From the NCBI RefSeq assembly GCF_006345805.1, contig NC_043008.1:32116001-32180000 (forward strand): 64,000 bases of DNA, in the 5' to 3' direction. Of the stretch, positions 1 to 12,476 are shown one piece after another. Each line of letters starts with the position of its first letter. Within the stretch, counting starts at the first letter, position 1. Origin of the DNA: Octopus sinensis (Eukaryota). The notes beneath the pieces are model-generated. The model was not told the origin of the DNA. It did not search any database and worked only from the letters and a program-made list of their open reading frames with translations. The translations under genes were made by a program, and so were the position numbers.

Positions 1-297
1 AACAATTCTGCCAGATCAATGCCGGATTTATATTTTTCAACACTATTTTCATTCAATCACAACTGATGCTCAAAAGCAATTACATGAAAGACAGTGGCAG
101 GCAGTGGATGCCTGGGTCTGAGGTAGGCCTGCGTTGCCAGATGCTGCCATAGTTATCATACATGCAGCTGCCCAACGTCTAAAAATTGATTTTTTATTTA
201 TTTTTTTGTGGTCATAGGTTGTAAGTCGAGGAGAAGGTGGCTACACACACACGTGTGTGTGTATATATATCCACACACACACATGTATGTAATATAT

Positions 298-638
298 TAT
301 TTTATCTTTTACTTGTTTTAGTCATTAGACTGGCCATGCTGGAGCACTGCCTTGAATTTTAGTCAAACTAATCAACCCCAGTACTTATTTTATTTTTAAG
401 CATGGTATAATACTGGTCCCTTTTACCGAACTACTAAGTTACGGATATATAAACACACCAACACTGGTTGTCAAGTGGTGGTGAGGTACACACATACACA
501 CGACGAGCTTCTCACAGTTTCCATCTACCAAATCCACTCAGAGGCTGTAGTGGAAGGCACTTTGCTCAAGGTACCATGCAGTGGGAGTGAACCCAGAAGT
601 AACTGGTAAACAAACTTCTTTACAGCCATACCTGTGCC
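298..638 (-). mobile_element. tRNA-derived SINE, family A (degenerate copy)
   Basis: Same blocks as the cleaner copies at 11944-12333 and 35731-36128 (ttttacttgtt..agtcatt..ggccatgctggagcac..; cagtttcc.tctaccaaatccactca; aaggt.ccatgcagtggga.tgaaccc). Confidence 0.85.
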
Positions 639-785
639 TGTGTATATACATAAATGTATGTATAAATATGTATGTGTATATACATATATGTATGTATATT
701 ACATTCATATATGTATGTACATACATGTATATATGCATATATGTGTGTGCATATATATATGTGTGTGTGTGTATATATATATATA

Positions 786-2227
786 CTGGCAGAGATACCT
801 GGCGTTGCTCGGGTTTAAAATGGCATGGTTTGTATATAATATATTACAGTTATGTTGAAACTGGTGATATGGGAAAGTGCAGCATTGACAACAAAACATT
901 TGTGGAGTAAATGATGGGCTAATTCATCTAGGCAGCATGCTATGCGTCCATTTAGAGTATTTCAGGCCCTAACCTGTGGGGATTATGTGATTTTTTTAAC
1001 ACATCGAGAAGCTGTCAATGGATATACACTCTTTTGCAGCAATCGGTGCTGTATCTAACACAGTCCATCATCTGAAATGTTGACACGTCCTTCTATTTGT
1101 TGTCCTACAGTTCCTCCAAATAAATTTGGAGGAACTGTTGTTGTTCATCTGTGGGTAACGGAACCAATGAGGTGATAGACTTGCCCTTGAACTTTGCCGT
1201 CGGAGTAAATTTATGTTTATCTATCTTCTTAGATGCACCAAACGATGTCATTTGCAGAGTTGTATTGTCTGATATTGTTCAGAAAATCTTTTGCCTGGAT
1301 GGAAATTCCTTCTAGAAGATCCATAAGAGGTTGAGAAGGAGTTGGTAGTACTGATAATGTTACCTGACCGTCTGAGCAGCACATACTATTTGTTTCATTG
1401 GAAAATTTTGAAGGTCTACAGAAAAGACAATTTGTACTTAGCACACCAATTTGGATAGAATTATTATTTCTATAAGTATGGGATAGATCATATCTGAAAA
1501 CAGCTTCAGGAGTTGTGAAGAATGAATTTGTACGTAGTCTGTTTCTGAGAGCTATTCTATTGGAACTCTGTCTATCATTAAAACATTGATTTAATAATCC
1601 AGCATTAAGTGCTGCAACATGCGTTTGCTGATCTTGAGAAAATCTCGTCTAGCTTCTGTCTTCAGACTCTTGCCTTCAGTTTTCTACAATCCTCCTTGCT
1701 TTATACTTGTTTCTGGAAAGATTACATCTTTTCTTTGGTGGTATATTTTTTCCAATATTGTAAACAAAAAATTATGAACACAGAAAGAAATTATACATTA
1801 ATCCCTAGCTGTGTAAGCAGTTCTATCCGTAAAAATTTATTTGAAGAGAGCAGAAATTGAAAGAAGAGAAATTAAAAAGAACAGAGAAAGAAAGTGAAAG
1901 ATGTATGTACGTCTATATGAAATGGACGTGTGTGTGTGCGTGCGCGTGTATGTGAGAGAGAAAGAGAGATAGAGTGAGTGAGTGAAGATGTGTGTCGTAA
2001 TGATTGACATCTTTTAAGATACACACAGAAAATTTGTGACGTCATCGTATAAAATGTTTATGATAGTTGATTTATGGAAAAGAATATGGTAAATTTTTGA
2101 AATGCAAATATGTGAATGGAAATTGAGTTTAATTTGTAGCTGAAATAGTACTGAATCTTTTGATAAAACATACATCAAAATCTGTAACTTTGTTTTGGAA
2201 TGTGTATATATATATAAATATATAGGA
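786..2227 (-). mobile_element. Internally deleted Helitron carrying an N-terminal Rep/helicase coding remnant
   Basis: ORF 1229-1444 reads C..C...F..ET..MCC.DGQV.L...FLNNIRQYNSA; KVQGQVYHL is encoded at about 1170-1197. The 3' hairpin CCCGAGCAACGCCAGG is followed by CCAG (mutated CTAG) at 786-789, and a TC-TATATA-type 5' end lies near 2227. Confidence 0.8.
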
Positions 2228-2929
2228 CAGTATCTAACATTACAATAGAGACGTAATACTGAAATAGTGTAAGAGATAAGGCCTCGCATTAGGCAAGAAG
2301 TTGGAAATATTTTTGGCCCATGACACTGCATGGATCTTGGCTTTTGTATTTGACGCCTGTTGCTTTAAGTATTTTATTTTGATTTTATGTATATATGTAT
2401 GTATAAACAGGTGAGGGAGACCTACATGGTAGCTAGACCTGGTAGAAATAGCAGCCAAATCTCCTTCAAAACACCCTACTGTCTTGCTCCAACAATTCTT
2501 GTAGTTTGAATGAGAAACTAACTAAAGATTAAGATTATTAACGTAAAAAATTTATGCATTTTAATAGCAATGAATTTTTCTCTTTTAGAACAAAAAACGA
2601 AAAGTTAATATTGCATTCTGTATTCACTGAGTGTCTTCAAAGTTAATATGTCTAAACCTAATATATATTTAACAGGAGATGCAAAAAGGAAAACTATTGC
2701 CAATGTTTTATAGACTAAAGGCTTGAGGTATTCTGGATTGCTTAACTGTATATGAGAAAATTGTGATGTGAGAAAGAAGTGTGCACAGATGGGTGGTGGT
2801 GCACCTGCACTTAGTGCTCTCTGAAAAGAAAGCGGCACAGATGTGCTACTATGAAAGGCTGCTAAATATGGAAAATACATGGGAGAAGGAGAGTCTTCCT
2901 AATGTGTATCTAACAAAAAGACCAGCTAT

Positions 2930-3290
2930 CCAAAATGACTACAGTATGATGGATAAAAGAAATAAAGATATGACGACAGGAATTACTGCCAAGATGCTTA
3001 AAATATGTGGGGGTGTGGAACACAGCCCAGCGACTCATATAGTTAATCAGGCTGTACAGGAAGGTACCATACCCAATGACTGGTGTAGCAGCATTATAGT
3101 TGACAGTTATATAAGTAAAGGAATTGCTTTTAGAAGTAATTAGAGAGGTAACAAATTACTGGACCAATAAGATGAGAGCAATGAATTTAATGTAGAGGTA
3201 GGAGTTCACCAGGGTTTAGTTCTCAGTCCTTTCATTTTTCATAATCTTGGCTATAACAGAAGAGCTTAAGACAGGTTGATCTTAGGAGCA
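2930..3290 (+). mobile_element. RTE-clade LINE reverse transcriptase fragment (degenerate)
   Basis: Translates to GITAKMLKICG..THIVNQAVQEGTIPNDWCSSIIV..Y.SKG...RSN.RG.KLLD, then NVEVGVHQG.VLSP..F; has stops and deletions. Confidence 0.8.
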
Positions 3291-3860
3291 TCTCTCTGCT
3301 CACGACCCTGTTCTCACCAGCCACATAAACATTTATCAACATCTTCAACCACCAAATTATCTCTCCTACTCCATCACCATATGTCTCTTAATCTCACCCC
3401 CATGCACTATACCTGCCTCTCTTTCTTACACTCTTTTCCCACTTTCCTGCAACCTACCCAACCATCTGCAATTTCACTTTTTTTCTCTCCATCTTCTCTC
3501 TCCCTTCCTTTCTTTTTTTCTTCCTCATCCTTTTATTCTTCTGCTTTTCAATCCCTTTTTCCGTACTGTCTGTCATCTACTCTTCCCAACTCATATGCAT
3601 TTTACTCAATCCCCGCTATCCTATGTCCACGGTTCACTACACCCTCTCTACGTAATCTCTTCATCTTATCTCTTTCCTTCCTCCCTGACTCATCATCTCT
3701 CAACACTCATTCTTCATCCATTATATTCACCCCTCACCCATTCTTCATCTCTCACCATCCCATACACTCATGCAATCTCTGCTTAGCCATACTCCCGGTT
3801 CGTCTCTTCGCACTCCTTTCTACTCACATCGTATATTGAGGCACTGCTCAGACATCTCAT
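3290..3860 (-). mobile_element. Degenerate LINE (probably RTE) fragment, opposite orientation
   Basis: Purine-rich minus strand with decayed coding character, abutting the RT fragment; no clean motif. Confidence 0.35.
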
Positions 3861-4029
3861 CACCACTGTTTTTATTGCTTTCCATCTCCACCTTGATGAC
3901 TCCCATCCTCTCTTCTAAATGCGAGTAGCCATGCTATTCCTTTACAGCAAGAAACCTGTCCTGAAATATGTCACAAACATATTCTAACTTAAAGTTCACT
4001 CATGCCTAAACACTGCTTGGCACTGACAC

Positions 4030-5380
4030 TGCCAAGTTTCTTCCAACTTGGCTAGAGAGCTAGAAACGCGTCTGGGAATCCGATAGAGTGCAGCACTAGA
4101 GAGATATGGTGTTTTCATAACTTTTTACAATGATAGAGAATTACTTCTTCACAGTAAATGCAGTGAAAATATAAACGTATTTTAACTAGCCAAAAGTTCG
4201 CTTATATATAGATACCCCAATACCACATGCCCCCTTGATCTAACAATCACTGTCACATCCCTTTCATAGCCTTCCAACTACTTAGGTGGACGACGCTCTC
4301 TTTGGGATCGTCACCTCTCCTCTTTGTTCTTCATCACTGGAGGAGCTCACGACCCTTCTGACGTCTAGGACATGATGCAGCATTCCTTCCACTGACACGT
4401 TATGAGGGTTCACTGCTGTAACCCTTCCTTTCCCCCACTGAGTTGTGCATCGCGCTTCAGGGGTTTTCACCCACACTTCCCCAATTTGAACAAATGCTGA
4501 CTGTTCTTCCTCAAAGGGTCGTGGTTTCACACTCAGATGTCTCCATTCATATCTAAACACAGCCTTTTATGGGACCATCTCCCCAGACTGTCCTGACCAT
4601 GTACCAGAACACTGCTTCAATGGAGAAATCTTCCCCATCACAGCCATGGCCTTGATTGTGCAATGGTGATGCTCTACAATCCCACTCCTGCCAGGCCTGT
4701 ATGCTGCTCTGAAGAAACATCTGGTATTCCATTGGTCAAGTATTTCTTTCAACTGAGCCGAGCAAAACACTACTGTTGTCCATCAACTGGCCCCTCTCCA
4801 GGAATACCGCATTTAGGACCTCGTTTCAGCCGCAGCTCTCATCCTAATTTCATTCCATATTGCCATCTGTCCCGGCTCAAAGTCAACTATCGGGTTTCCC
4901 AGTTGCCTTCCCCGATAGTGTCATATCTATCACTAACCTCTTCCAATCTTCTCCAACATGAATCCTTCCTGCCTCATGCACACTTGGTGCGGGGTCTATA
5001 GACTGACATCTGTCGCTGCTCCGCAACACTTTCCCTGGTAACACTAGGGTCCACCTTCCTGGCCAGGAACAGGGTCCTGACTACATCCATATGGTATATA
5101 CTGTGCAACCTCCACAGCTCTGAGTCCTCCAGATGACATGCTGCAGCTATCACATTCTGTACATCCTCTGCTGCCTCTAACCAGGGCTTTTTCACCCTGG
5201 TTAGCACATCTTCCTTAGTCTTTTCTGGGGGCACAAAGGCTACCTGTAGTTTCAAGCCAAACTCAGTGGTCAGCTCTCTGAGGATTCCTAACCTCCGCTT
5301 CACTGTCATTTCTGCCCCCCCCCCCATCCTTTTGTGCAGATCCTCCTTTGATTGTTGACCACTGATGCCACCCACCCTCT
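4030..5380 (-). mobile_element. Ty3/Gypsy remnant: RNase H end, integrase, PPT and 3' LTR
   Basis: Minus-strand ORFs give H.IYHMDVVRTLFLARKVDP (integrase HHCC region), FRAAYRPGRSGIVEHHHCTIKAMA (core) and QIGEVWVK.PEARCTTQWGKGRVT (C-terminus). PPT AAGGGGGCA is followed by LTR start TGTGG at 4227; the other LTR end is uncertain. Confidence 0.8.
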
Positions 5381-5569
5381 TACTGTGACTGAATTAGTTT
5401 GAATTTCCAATTATAAAAATTCAGAAATATCTTTTCATTGCGCACGCACACAAATACATACACACACGCACACACACACTTGGGTACGTCAGTTATTTGA
5501 GAACTAAAGTTTTAAGAACTATAAGTGACCTAAATTTTAACTAAATATTCAATTCAAATTTTGGGCTAC

Positions 5570-5750
5570 GGGTAAGTCAATTACGTCGACCTCAGTGCCC
5601 AACTGGTACTTATTTTATCAATTCCCGAAATGATGAAAGCAAAGCCATCTCCAACGACATTTGAACTCAGAACCTAAAGTCAGGAGAAATACCACTAAGC
5701 ATTTTTGCCCAGCGTACTAACGATTCTTCCAGCTCCTCATCTTACTTTAA
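5570..5750 (-). mobile_element. tRNA-derived SINE, family B
   Basis: Minus strand GAGCTGG.AGAATCGTTAG.ACGCTGGGCAAAAATGCTTAG..GTTCTGAGTTCAAA (A/B-box-like); homologous to 11090-11300 and 47800-48240. Confidence 0.75.
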
Positions 5751-5769
5751 CTAAATATTATCTCTGTTT

Positions 5770-6390
5770 TTCAGCCATAACAAGGAAGCTTCGAATCTCA
5801 CGCAGACGATGAGAAGGTGTGTCGTTCTCGTCGCCTTAGTCGCCAATCATAGTGATTCTGATAATGTAACCTTAATGTCGCAAGGATACTTTGAGTTGAA
5901 GATCAGAAAAGGGCTCCTAGCATTTGGCGAGAATGTCTTCCGTGACTAAAAAAGAGCAAAAGAAAGATAGACGTTGTCAGAAAAATTTGTCCAGGTAGTC
6001 CAGGACATTGTCAACGAGATCCCAGCAAGTCAATGTCGGCCATTGCCAATCATCTGCATGTATCAGTGTCATCGATTAGAGGTATGGTGCATAGAGATAT
6101 CAGAGACAAATCTTAAGTTGTTAGAAGAGAGCAGTTCATGACCAATAAGATCCAGGTGATCCAGTCGAAACGCTTACTGAACAAACTGAAGCATCCTGAG
6201 AAAGCAACTGGGAAACCCGACAAGTTCTGTTTCTTCTCAGATGAGAAAAACTTTGTCGAAGATCAAAAAATGAGCAGGAGGAATGACAGATGGCTCTGTG
6301 CTAGCCCCATTAACGTCTCCACTGTTATGCATCCCACGTTCCCATCGTCTATAATTGTCTTGGGAGCAGTGAGTAACGAGGGCTATACCT
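5770..6390 (+). mobile_element. Tc1/mariner-superfamily transposase remnant (DD37D/maT-like), 3' truncated
   Basis: KSMSAIANHLHVS..SIR..VH.DI, KRLLNKLKHP, FFSDEKNF..DQK..RRNDRWLC and FPSSI.VLGAVSNEG motifs, with frameshifts. Confidence 0.75.
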
Positions 6391-6407
6391 ATCTTATATA
6401 TATTTTT

Positions 6408-6600
6408 TACTAGTTTCAGTCATGTGACTGCGGCTATGCTGGGGCAGGGCCTCGAAGGGTTTTACTCGAACAAATCGGTCCAAGGACTTTTCCTGAAGCA
6501 TAGTACTAATTCTATCTGTGTCTTTTGCTGAACAGCTAGGTTACGGGGACGCCAACACACCAAGACCGGTTGTCAAGTAGTGTGGGAAGACAAAGACACA
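6408..6600 (-). mobile_element. SINE family A, 3' portion
   Basis: tttcagtcatgtgactgcggctatgctgggg..ttacggggacgccaacacacc..ccggttgtcaag. Confidence 0.8.
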
Positions 6601-7112
6601 CACACACACACACACATCTATGTAAAGCGACTGAGGGCGCTATTCAGCACCAGTATTGCTACAAATTGGAATCAAAACAACTCATAGCCACAATAAGCAC
6701 CTACTTTCTCAGGATGCTTCAGTTTGTTCAGTAAGTGTTTCGACTGGATCACCTGGTTTTCATGGATTTTATTGGTCATGAACTGCTCTCTTCTAGCAAC
6801 TTAAGATTAGTCTCTGATATCTCTATGCACCATACCTCTAATCGATGACACCGATACATGCAGATGATTGGCAATGACCGACATTGACTGACTAGGGAGG
6901 TAAGCTTCTTAAACACCGGGCATAGCCAGATGACCAATGATTTCGCATTTACATGAATGCTCGTCAGTGGCACTTACTGGCGCCTTGGGTTAAACTTAAC
7001 TCGCCTTGTCAGCATATAAAATCACCATAGAAATCATACGCTGATTTCATAAATGGTAATGGTGTAGATTATAAATAACAAGAGTGGCTTGTTAGCAATT
7101 TTTCAACCGAAA

Positions 7113-7644
7113 GGCGAAGAAAAAAAGATACCCTTCCCCCACCCCTAACCCTAACTCTAACTAAACCTAACCCTAAAATAGATTGAAATGCAAAGATCGA
7201 TACTAGGGTTATAATTATGGGTGACATTTTCATTTGACACCGCTAGAAAAAAATCCCATTTTCCGTAGCGGTGTCATATGAAATTGTCACCCATAATTAT
7301 AACCCTAGTATCGATCTTTGCATTTCAATCTATTTTAGGGTTAGGGGTGGGGGAAGGATATCTTTTTTTCTTCGCAAATGTAAATAAACCCAATCTGTTT
7401 CTTAAACAAGGGACATGTTCATACAGCACGGTATGTTTTGACTCCAAATGGACGTATTTGATTGGTTAAAATTGCCGAAATGCTCGATTTTAAAGTGGAA
7501 ATATGTTACAAACTATAGAATTTTCTCAATAAAGCCAAGAAAAAATGATGTTTTATAAACACATTTTACCAGTATACGAAGTTTAAAAGTGTTTAGTTAA
7601 CTAGAAATTGTGTTGACATATGCCGTTCAAAACGGAAAGATCCA
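7113..7644. mobile_element. MITE (GGATCTTTTC-end family) with an internal foldback and CCCTAA/TTAGGG-like repeats
   Basis: 7113-7255 is the reverse complement of 7260-7377. The right part matches 18888-19325 and ends in GGAAAGATCC. Confidence 0.7.
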
Positions 7645-7789
7645 GTTTAACTCAAGGCGACGATAAAAGCGTTAATATAGATGCGAAATCTCTGGTTAAT
7701 CACAAGCGTTAATATAGATGCGAAATCTCTGGTGATCTGGCTCTCATTTTTAGCAATACTGGTGCTGAATAACGCCCTCAGTCGCTCCG

Positions 7790-10050
7790 CGCTGTGTCTT
7801 GTAGAAGGCTAGCTGTGGTACATTGTGTGCGAAAGTCCGAAGTTGTTTCTTGTTCGAGGTGGTCTGTCCTAATGCCTGAAGTGATCTGGTCTAAACGGTC
7901 TGCCTTTTGTGAGTTCCCAAGATGGTCTATGCGAATGCTCGAGGCCATCTTGTCCTAACGGTTAGCTGAGACCATCTCGTAGAGTTAGACGCCAAACAGA
8001 CTTTATGGGGTGAAAAAGGGGTGAAATTTAGATCATCCAAGGAGCCATATCACGCTACATCTTCATGCTGATTGATCAATTTTTAAATCAGTCACGTGAA
8101 ACTATGGTGGCTCACTCATGATCCCTAACTGAATATCTTGCGGTTGGGGTTCGAAACTCTACAGGAGTCACTTTCCAGTGATTTGCAGTATTAGGGAAAA
8201 GAACGAAATCACGAAATAGCGAAATAACATATGTCAACACGAAATAGCGAAATAACATAATTCAACGCAAATGCACCACTCCGTACCACAAAAAAATGCT
8301 TTGAAAACTGAATAAATGTTGAGATAGAGTTCATGTAACAAAGATTAAGCAATAATTTTTTGAGATATGCAAAGGATTGATATGAACATGGGATAATGCG
8401 TCTGCTGCAGAATTTTCTGCACCCTTGATATGACGTATATCCACTGCAAATTGTGAAATATAATCAGGGCATCTAACGTCACTAGGAGAATATTTATCCA
8501 TTTTGGATTGTAAAGCATAGGTTAATGGTTTATGATCAAATAAAAGGTGAAAGTGTTTTACTGACAAATATGTTGCTCCTGTATCTACCAGGAAATCAGA
8601 TTTAGAAATAGTGTCACAAACGCAAACGACATGACTTATTGAAGGTGCCCCAAGAGATGTAGTCATATTCAATCCCTGGCGTTGCCATTTTTCTAGGTTG
8701 GGTGGTGTCTAATTTGAAAGAACATGGTTGAAGGTATCTGTGTGCGTTAGCTTTAGAACAGTTGTGCGACCAACAAAATGTCGTAAGTCTCACACGAGGG
8801 CTGAATGAAAGATTTCTTGAAGTCATCTGGCAACGAGAATTCAAGGTCACAGTGTATCGAGTGTCAGAGCTTGAATTCTGACTTCAATCGTCTTTCGAGA
8901 CGTCGCCAGTTCAGAGCAAATAGAAGAGACGAAGGTAGGAGAATGAATTTCTGAGTTTAAAATATTGGGAGAGAAAATATCAATAATACAACCTACCAAG
9001 TTGGCTGAGTAGAGGAGCTTCGCTCCTTTATATGTATCAAAAATGGCTTACATGTTTGATGAGTATCCGAAGAAATTTTATTCACTGCTAAAACTGAGTA
9101 AGAGGATCTCCAGTGGATGGAAGGACAGCGAAGGTAAAAGTAACCAAATAGATGAGCTGTCATTATTTTCAGAAGAAAGCGACAGGACAGGTGAAGTTGC
9201 CATATCTAAGCGTAAGTTATTTGGAAAATGATATGAAAATATTAATTACCGGTTGTTACTGCGAACTCTGGAAGTTTCTAGATTAAATTCGTTGCAAAAT
9301 CATGCATTCGAAGGTAGACGAAATATTCAGCGACAATGAAAAATTGGATTTAGCTGTTTTGACGTGCGAACGAAAAATTTGTGGGTCAAAAATGCGTGTT
9401 AAACCTGTTAATAGATACGCTATTAGCACATCAACATCGTAGGTTGGGATTTACAGTGAGAAAAGTTGTGAGTTTTTGGCATGTGCCCTTTTAAAACTTA
9501 CTGCCGTTTGCTTCGTTTGCCTGCTTTCTGATTTATGTCCATTGCCACGCTGGAGAGTTGGTTTCCATGAGATTGTCGCTAATTTTGCCGATCTTTTCTT
9601 GTGTCGGGTGTCACTAAATATCGCGACTTGTGATGACGGTGGTGCTTGTTGGTTGTTTCCAAAGAAAGCTGTTGATAATATAACAGCTGACTGGGCAGAG
9701 AGAAACCACACTGTGTCTTGTAGAAGGCTAGCTGTGGTACATCGTCTGTGAGTACCCGAAATCGCTTCTTGCTCGAGGTGGTCTAGTCTTAGCGGTCTGC
9801 CTTTTGTGAGTGTCGAAGATGGTTTAGGCGAATGCCATCTGGTCTTAGCGGTTAGCTGAGGCTGTCTGCCTGAGTTAGGCACCTAACAGTTTCTGCAGAA
9901 TGAAAAGGCAGCAAATTTTAGAAATTCCGTGGTCCGTATTACGCTATATCTTCACGTTGATTGGTCGATTTATAGATTAATCAAATGAAACTGTGGTAGC
10001 TCATTTGTGATCCTTAACTGAACATATTTCGTTTGGGAATTGAATCCTTA
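7790..10050 (+). repeat. Diverged direct repeat pair (about 7790-8150 and 9715-10050) flanking a Gypsy remnant
   Basis: Both start ctgtgtcttgtagaaggctagctgtggtacat and share ggtctgccttttgtgagt, cggttagctgag, acgcta.atcttca.g.tgattg and gaaact.tggt.gctca. Confidence 0.75.
8331..8850 (-). mobile_element. Ty3/Gypsy remnant: gag end, protease start fused to RNase H C-terminus
   Basis: FLVDTGA directly followed by YLSVKHF..DHKPLTYAL.SK.DKYSP....DYISQFAVDIRHIKGAENSAADALS; upstream CW.H...A...QPCSF gag motif. Confidence 0.85.
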
Positions 10051-10189
10051 GGACTCAATTCAAACAGACAAGATATATATATATATATATATATATAGGA
10101 AATGCAAATGAAAGAAATATAAATGACATTGATTTCTATTAATTTTAAAGCTAAATTTAAAAAGATCTGTGGGGCTATACAATCTATTT

Positions 10190-10271
10190 AACCAATCTAT
10201 CTATCTAACTAGATATATCTATCTATCTATCTATCTAACTAGATATATCTATCTATCTATCTAACTAGATA

Positions 10272-10337
<66 letters not shown>

Positions 10338-10345
10338 ACTAGATA

Positions 10346-10444
<99 letters not shown>

Positions 10445-10445
10445 A
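10190..10445. repeat. (TATC)n microsatellite interrupted by CTAACTAGATATAT units
   Basis: Direct reading. Confidence 0.95.
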
Positions 10446-10624
10446 TTTATATATAAAAAGGAACAAGAACGTGAAATACACAAAGAGACGAACACGTCAG
10501 AAACCGGATCATCATAGCAAATTTCGGCTGATTAATCCTGAGATTATATATATATATATATATTATATATATATATATATATATATTCATATATATGTAT
10601 ATATATATATGTATCTCTCTCTAT

Positions 10625-10803
10625 ATATAATCTGACAACGACTGAATGTCGTGTTTGTGCGGTAAGAAGCTTGCTTCCCGACCACATGTTTCCGGGTTCA
10701 GTTCCACTGCGTGGCACCTTGGGCATGTGTCTTCTATCATAGTCTTGGGCCGACCAAAGCTTTGAGAGTGGATTTAGTAGGGGGAAACTGAAAGAATCTC
10801 GTC
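10625..10803 (+). mobile_element. SINE family A, 5' portion
   Basis: gtgcggtaagaagcttgcttccc.accacatgtt.ccgggttcagt.ccactgcgtggcaccttgggca. Confidence 0.9.
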
Positions 10804-10804
10804 T

Positions 10805-10842
<38 letters not shown>

Positions 10843-11046
10843 CCGGAGTAAACACATAAATGTGAAACAAGGTGGAAAAAAGAGTACTTAAATATCAGTG
10901 GTAGAGTAATATGCTTTATTTAAAGCTGCAGAAAACTCAACAAAACCTGTTACTCTGAGTTTCACATTGCCGTTCGTCGGACAGTTTTAGCAACGTGAAA
11001 CTGAAAGTAACAGGTTTTGTTGAATTTTCTGCTGCTTTAAATAAAG
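10843..11046. mobile_element. Short inverted-repeat element, possibly Penelope pseudo-LTR derived
   Basis: 10915-10965 is inverted at 10995-11046; homologous to 24681-24983; contains a hammerhead fold. The Penelope origin is inferred (no RT or GIY-YIG ORF). Confidence 0.55.
10942..10988 (-). ncRNA. Minimal type I hammerhead ribozyme-like motif
   Basis: AAAACTGT-CCGACGA-ACG(GCAA)TGT-GAAA-CTCAGAG-TA^ACAGGTTTT: stem I CTGT/ACAG, stem II, palindromic stem III ACTCAGAGT, GUA cleavage triplet; U4 replaced by C. Confidence 0.6.
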
Positions 11047-11089
11047 TATATATATATATATAAATATTAAAATTATATATTTCTTTACT

Positions 11090-11300
11090 ACCCTCAAGGG
11101 GCTAAACACAGAGGAGACAAACAAGGACAGACAAACGGATTAAGTCGATTACATCGACCCCAGTGCGTAACTGGTACTTAATTTATCGACCCCGAAAGGA
11201 TGAAAGGCAAAGTCGACCTCGGCGGAATTTGAACCCGGAACGTAACGGCAGGCGAAATACGGCTACGCATTTCACCCGGCGTGCTAACGTTTCTGCCAGC
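11090..11300 (-). mobile_element. SINE family B, well-preserved copy
   Basis: Minus strand GAGCTGGCAGAAACGTTAGCACGCCGGGTGAAATGCGTAGCCGTATTTCG..GTTCCGGGTTCAAATTCCGCCGAGGTCGACTTTGCC. Confidence 0.85.
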
Positions 11301-11307
11301 TGCCAAG

Positions 11308-11578
11308 TGGCCAGCATGGAAATAAAAACCTTCAAAGGTAATAATTATTATTAAAATTATAACTTAGGGTATCTACGAGATACCGTCATGCTGAAAATAG
11401 CAAGTTATATTTTGTCTTTTTGTCTTCTCTGCTTGTGCTATATGAACACTTAATGTGGTTTTAGAGTCAGTTTCTGGCTGCTATCTTCAGCATGCCGGTA
11501 TGTTGTAGATACCCTAAGTGATAATTTTAATAATAATTATTACCTTTGAAGGTTTTTATTTCCATGCTGGCCACTTGA
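11308..11578. repeat. Long inverted repeat (MITE/foldback)
   Basis: aagtggccagcatggaaataaaaaccttcaaaggtaataatt..agggtatctac.. is mirrored at 11480-11578. Confidence 0.85.
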
Positions 11579-11613
11579 TAAGATCATTATTCAATTTAAA
11601 TTTAAGATCTTAG

Positions 11614-11671
<58 letters not shown>

Positions 11672-11943
11672 TATTAGAGAGTTAACCACTATGTGGATAA
11701 CTCTAGTGCTAAAAATAGCCCCGATAGTATAGCCACAGAAAAAGATGTTTCCAACTAGAAGTAACATACATTTAACGGAAGGAAAGTGAAATATAACGAA
11801 TAAATAGATTGACCCTGAACAAATTGTTTCATTACTAATGTAATATGTAATTTTACTTACATACACATCTATAAATCATCAGCAGAGGTTTGTCTTAAAT
11901 ACAATATTAAATTAATATCAATTTTTCACCCTTTTTTTTTTTT

Positions 11944-12333
11944 TTTACTTGTTTCAGTCATTTTGACTGCGGCCATGCTGGAGCACCGCCTTTAATCGAG
12001 CAACTCGACCCCAGGACTTATCCTTCGTAAGCACAGTACTTATTCTATCGCTCTCTTTTGCCGAACCGCTAAGTGACGGGGACATAAACACACTAGCATC
12101 GGTTGTCAAGCAATGCTAGGGAGACAAACACAGACACACAAACATACATGCACATACATATATGTACATATATACGACGGGCTTCTTTCAGTTTCCGTCT
12201 ACCTAATCCACTCATAAGGCTTTGGTCGGCCCGAGGCTATAGTAGAAGACACTTGCCCAAGGTGCCACGCAGTGGGACTGAACCCGGAACCATGTGGTTG
12301 GTAAACAAGCTACTTACCACGCAGCCACTCCTG
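11944..12333 (-). mobile_element. SINE family A, full-length young copy
   Basis: tRNA-like head, internal (CA/TA) microsatellite and 3' tail GGCGGTGCTCCAGCATGGCCGCAGTCAAAATGACTGAAACAAGTAAAA. Confidence 0.92.
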
Positions 12334-12476
12334 ATATATCTCAAGAAGAGATACAATAGTATGATTTGCAACATTAGAGTGGCAGGTGAATGTTACTACT
12401 TGTTTAATCACAGGCAGATTCTCCGACAGCTGGTCTTCGATGCAACGTTTTGCACCCTTTATATACAATATACCGT

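Noticed and set aside
2-122. Open frame ending at a possible donor (GAG|GTAGGC)
   Set aside because: No recognisable domain, and the acceptor lies outside the window.
3276-3839. 187-aa Ser/Leu/Phe-rich ORF
   Set aside because: Antisense reading of a purine-rich LINE remnant.
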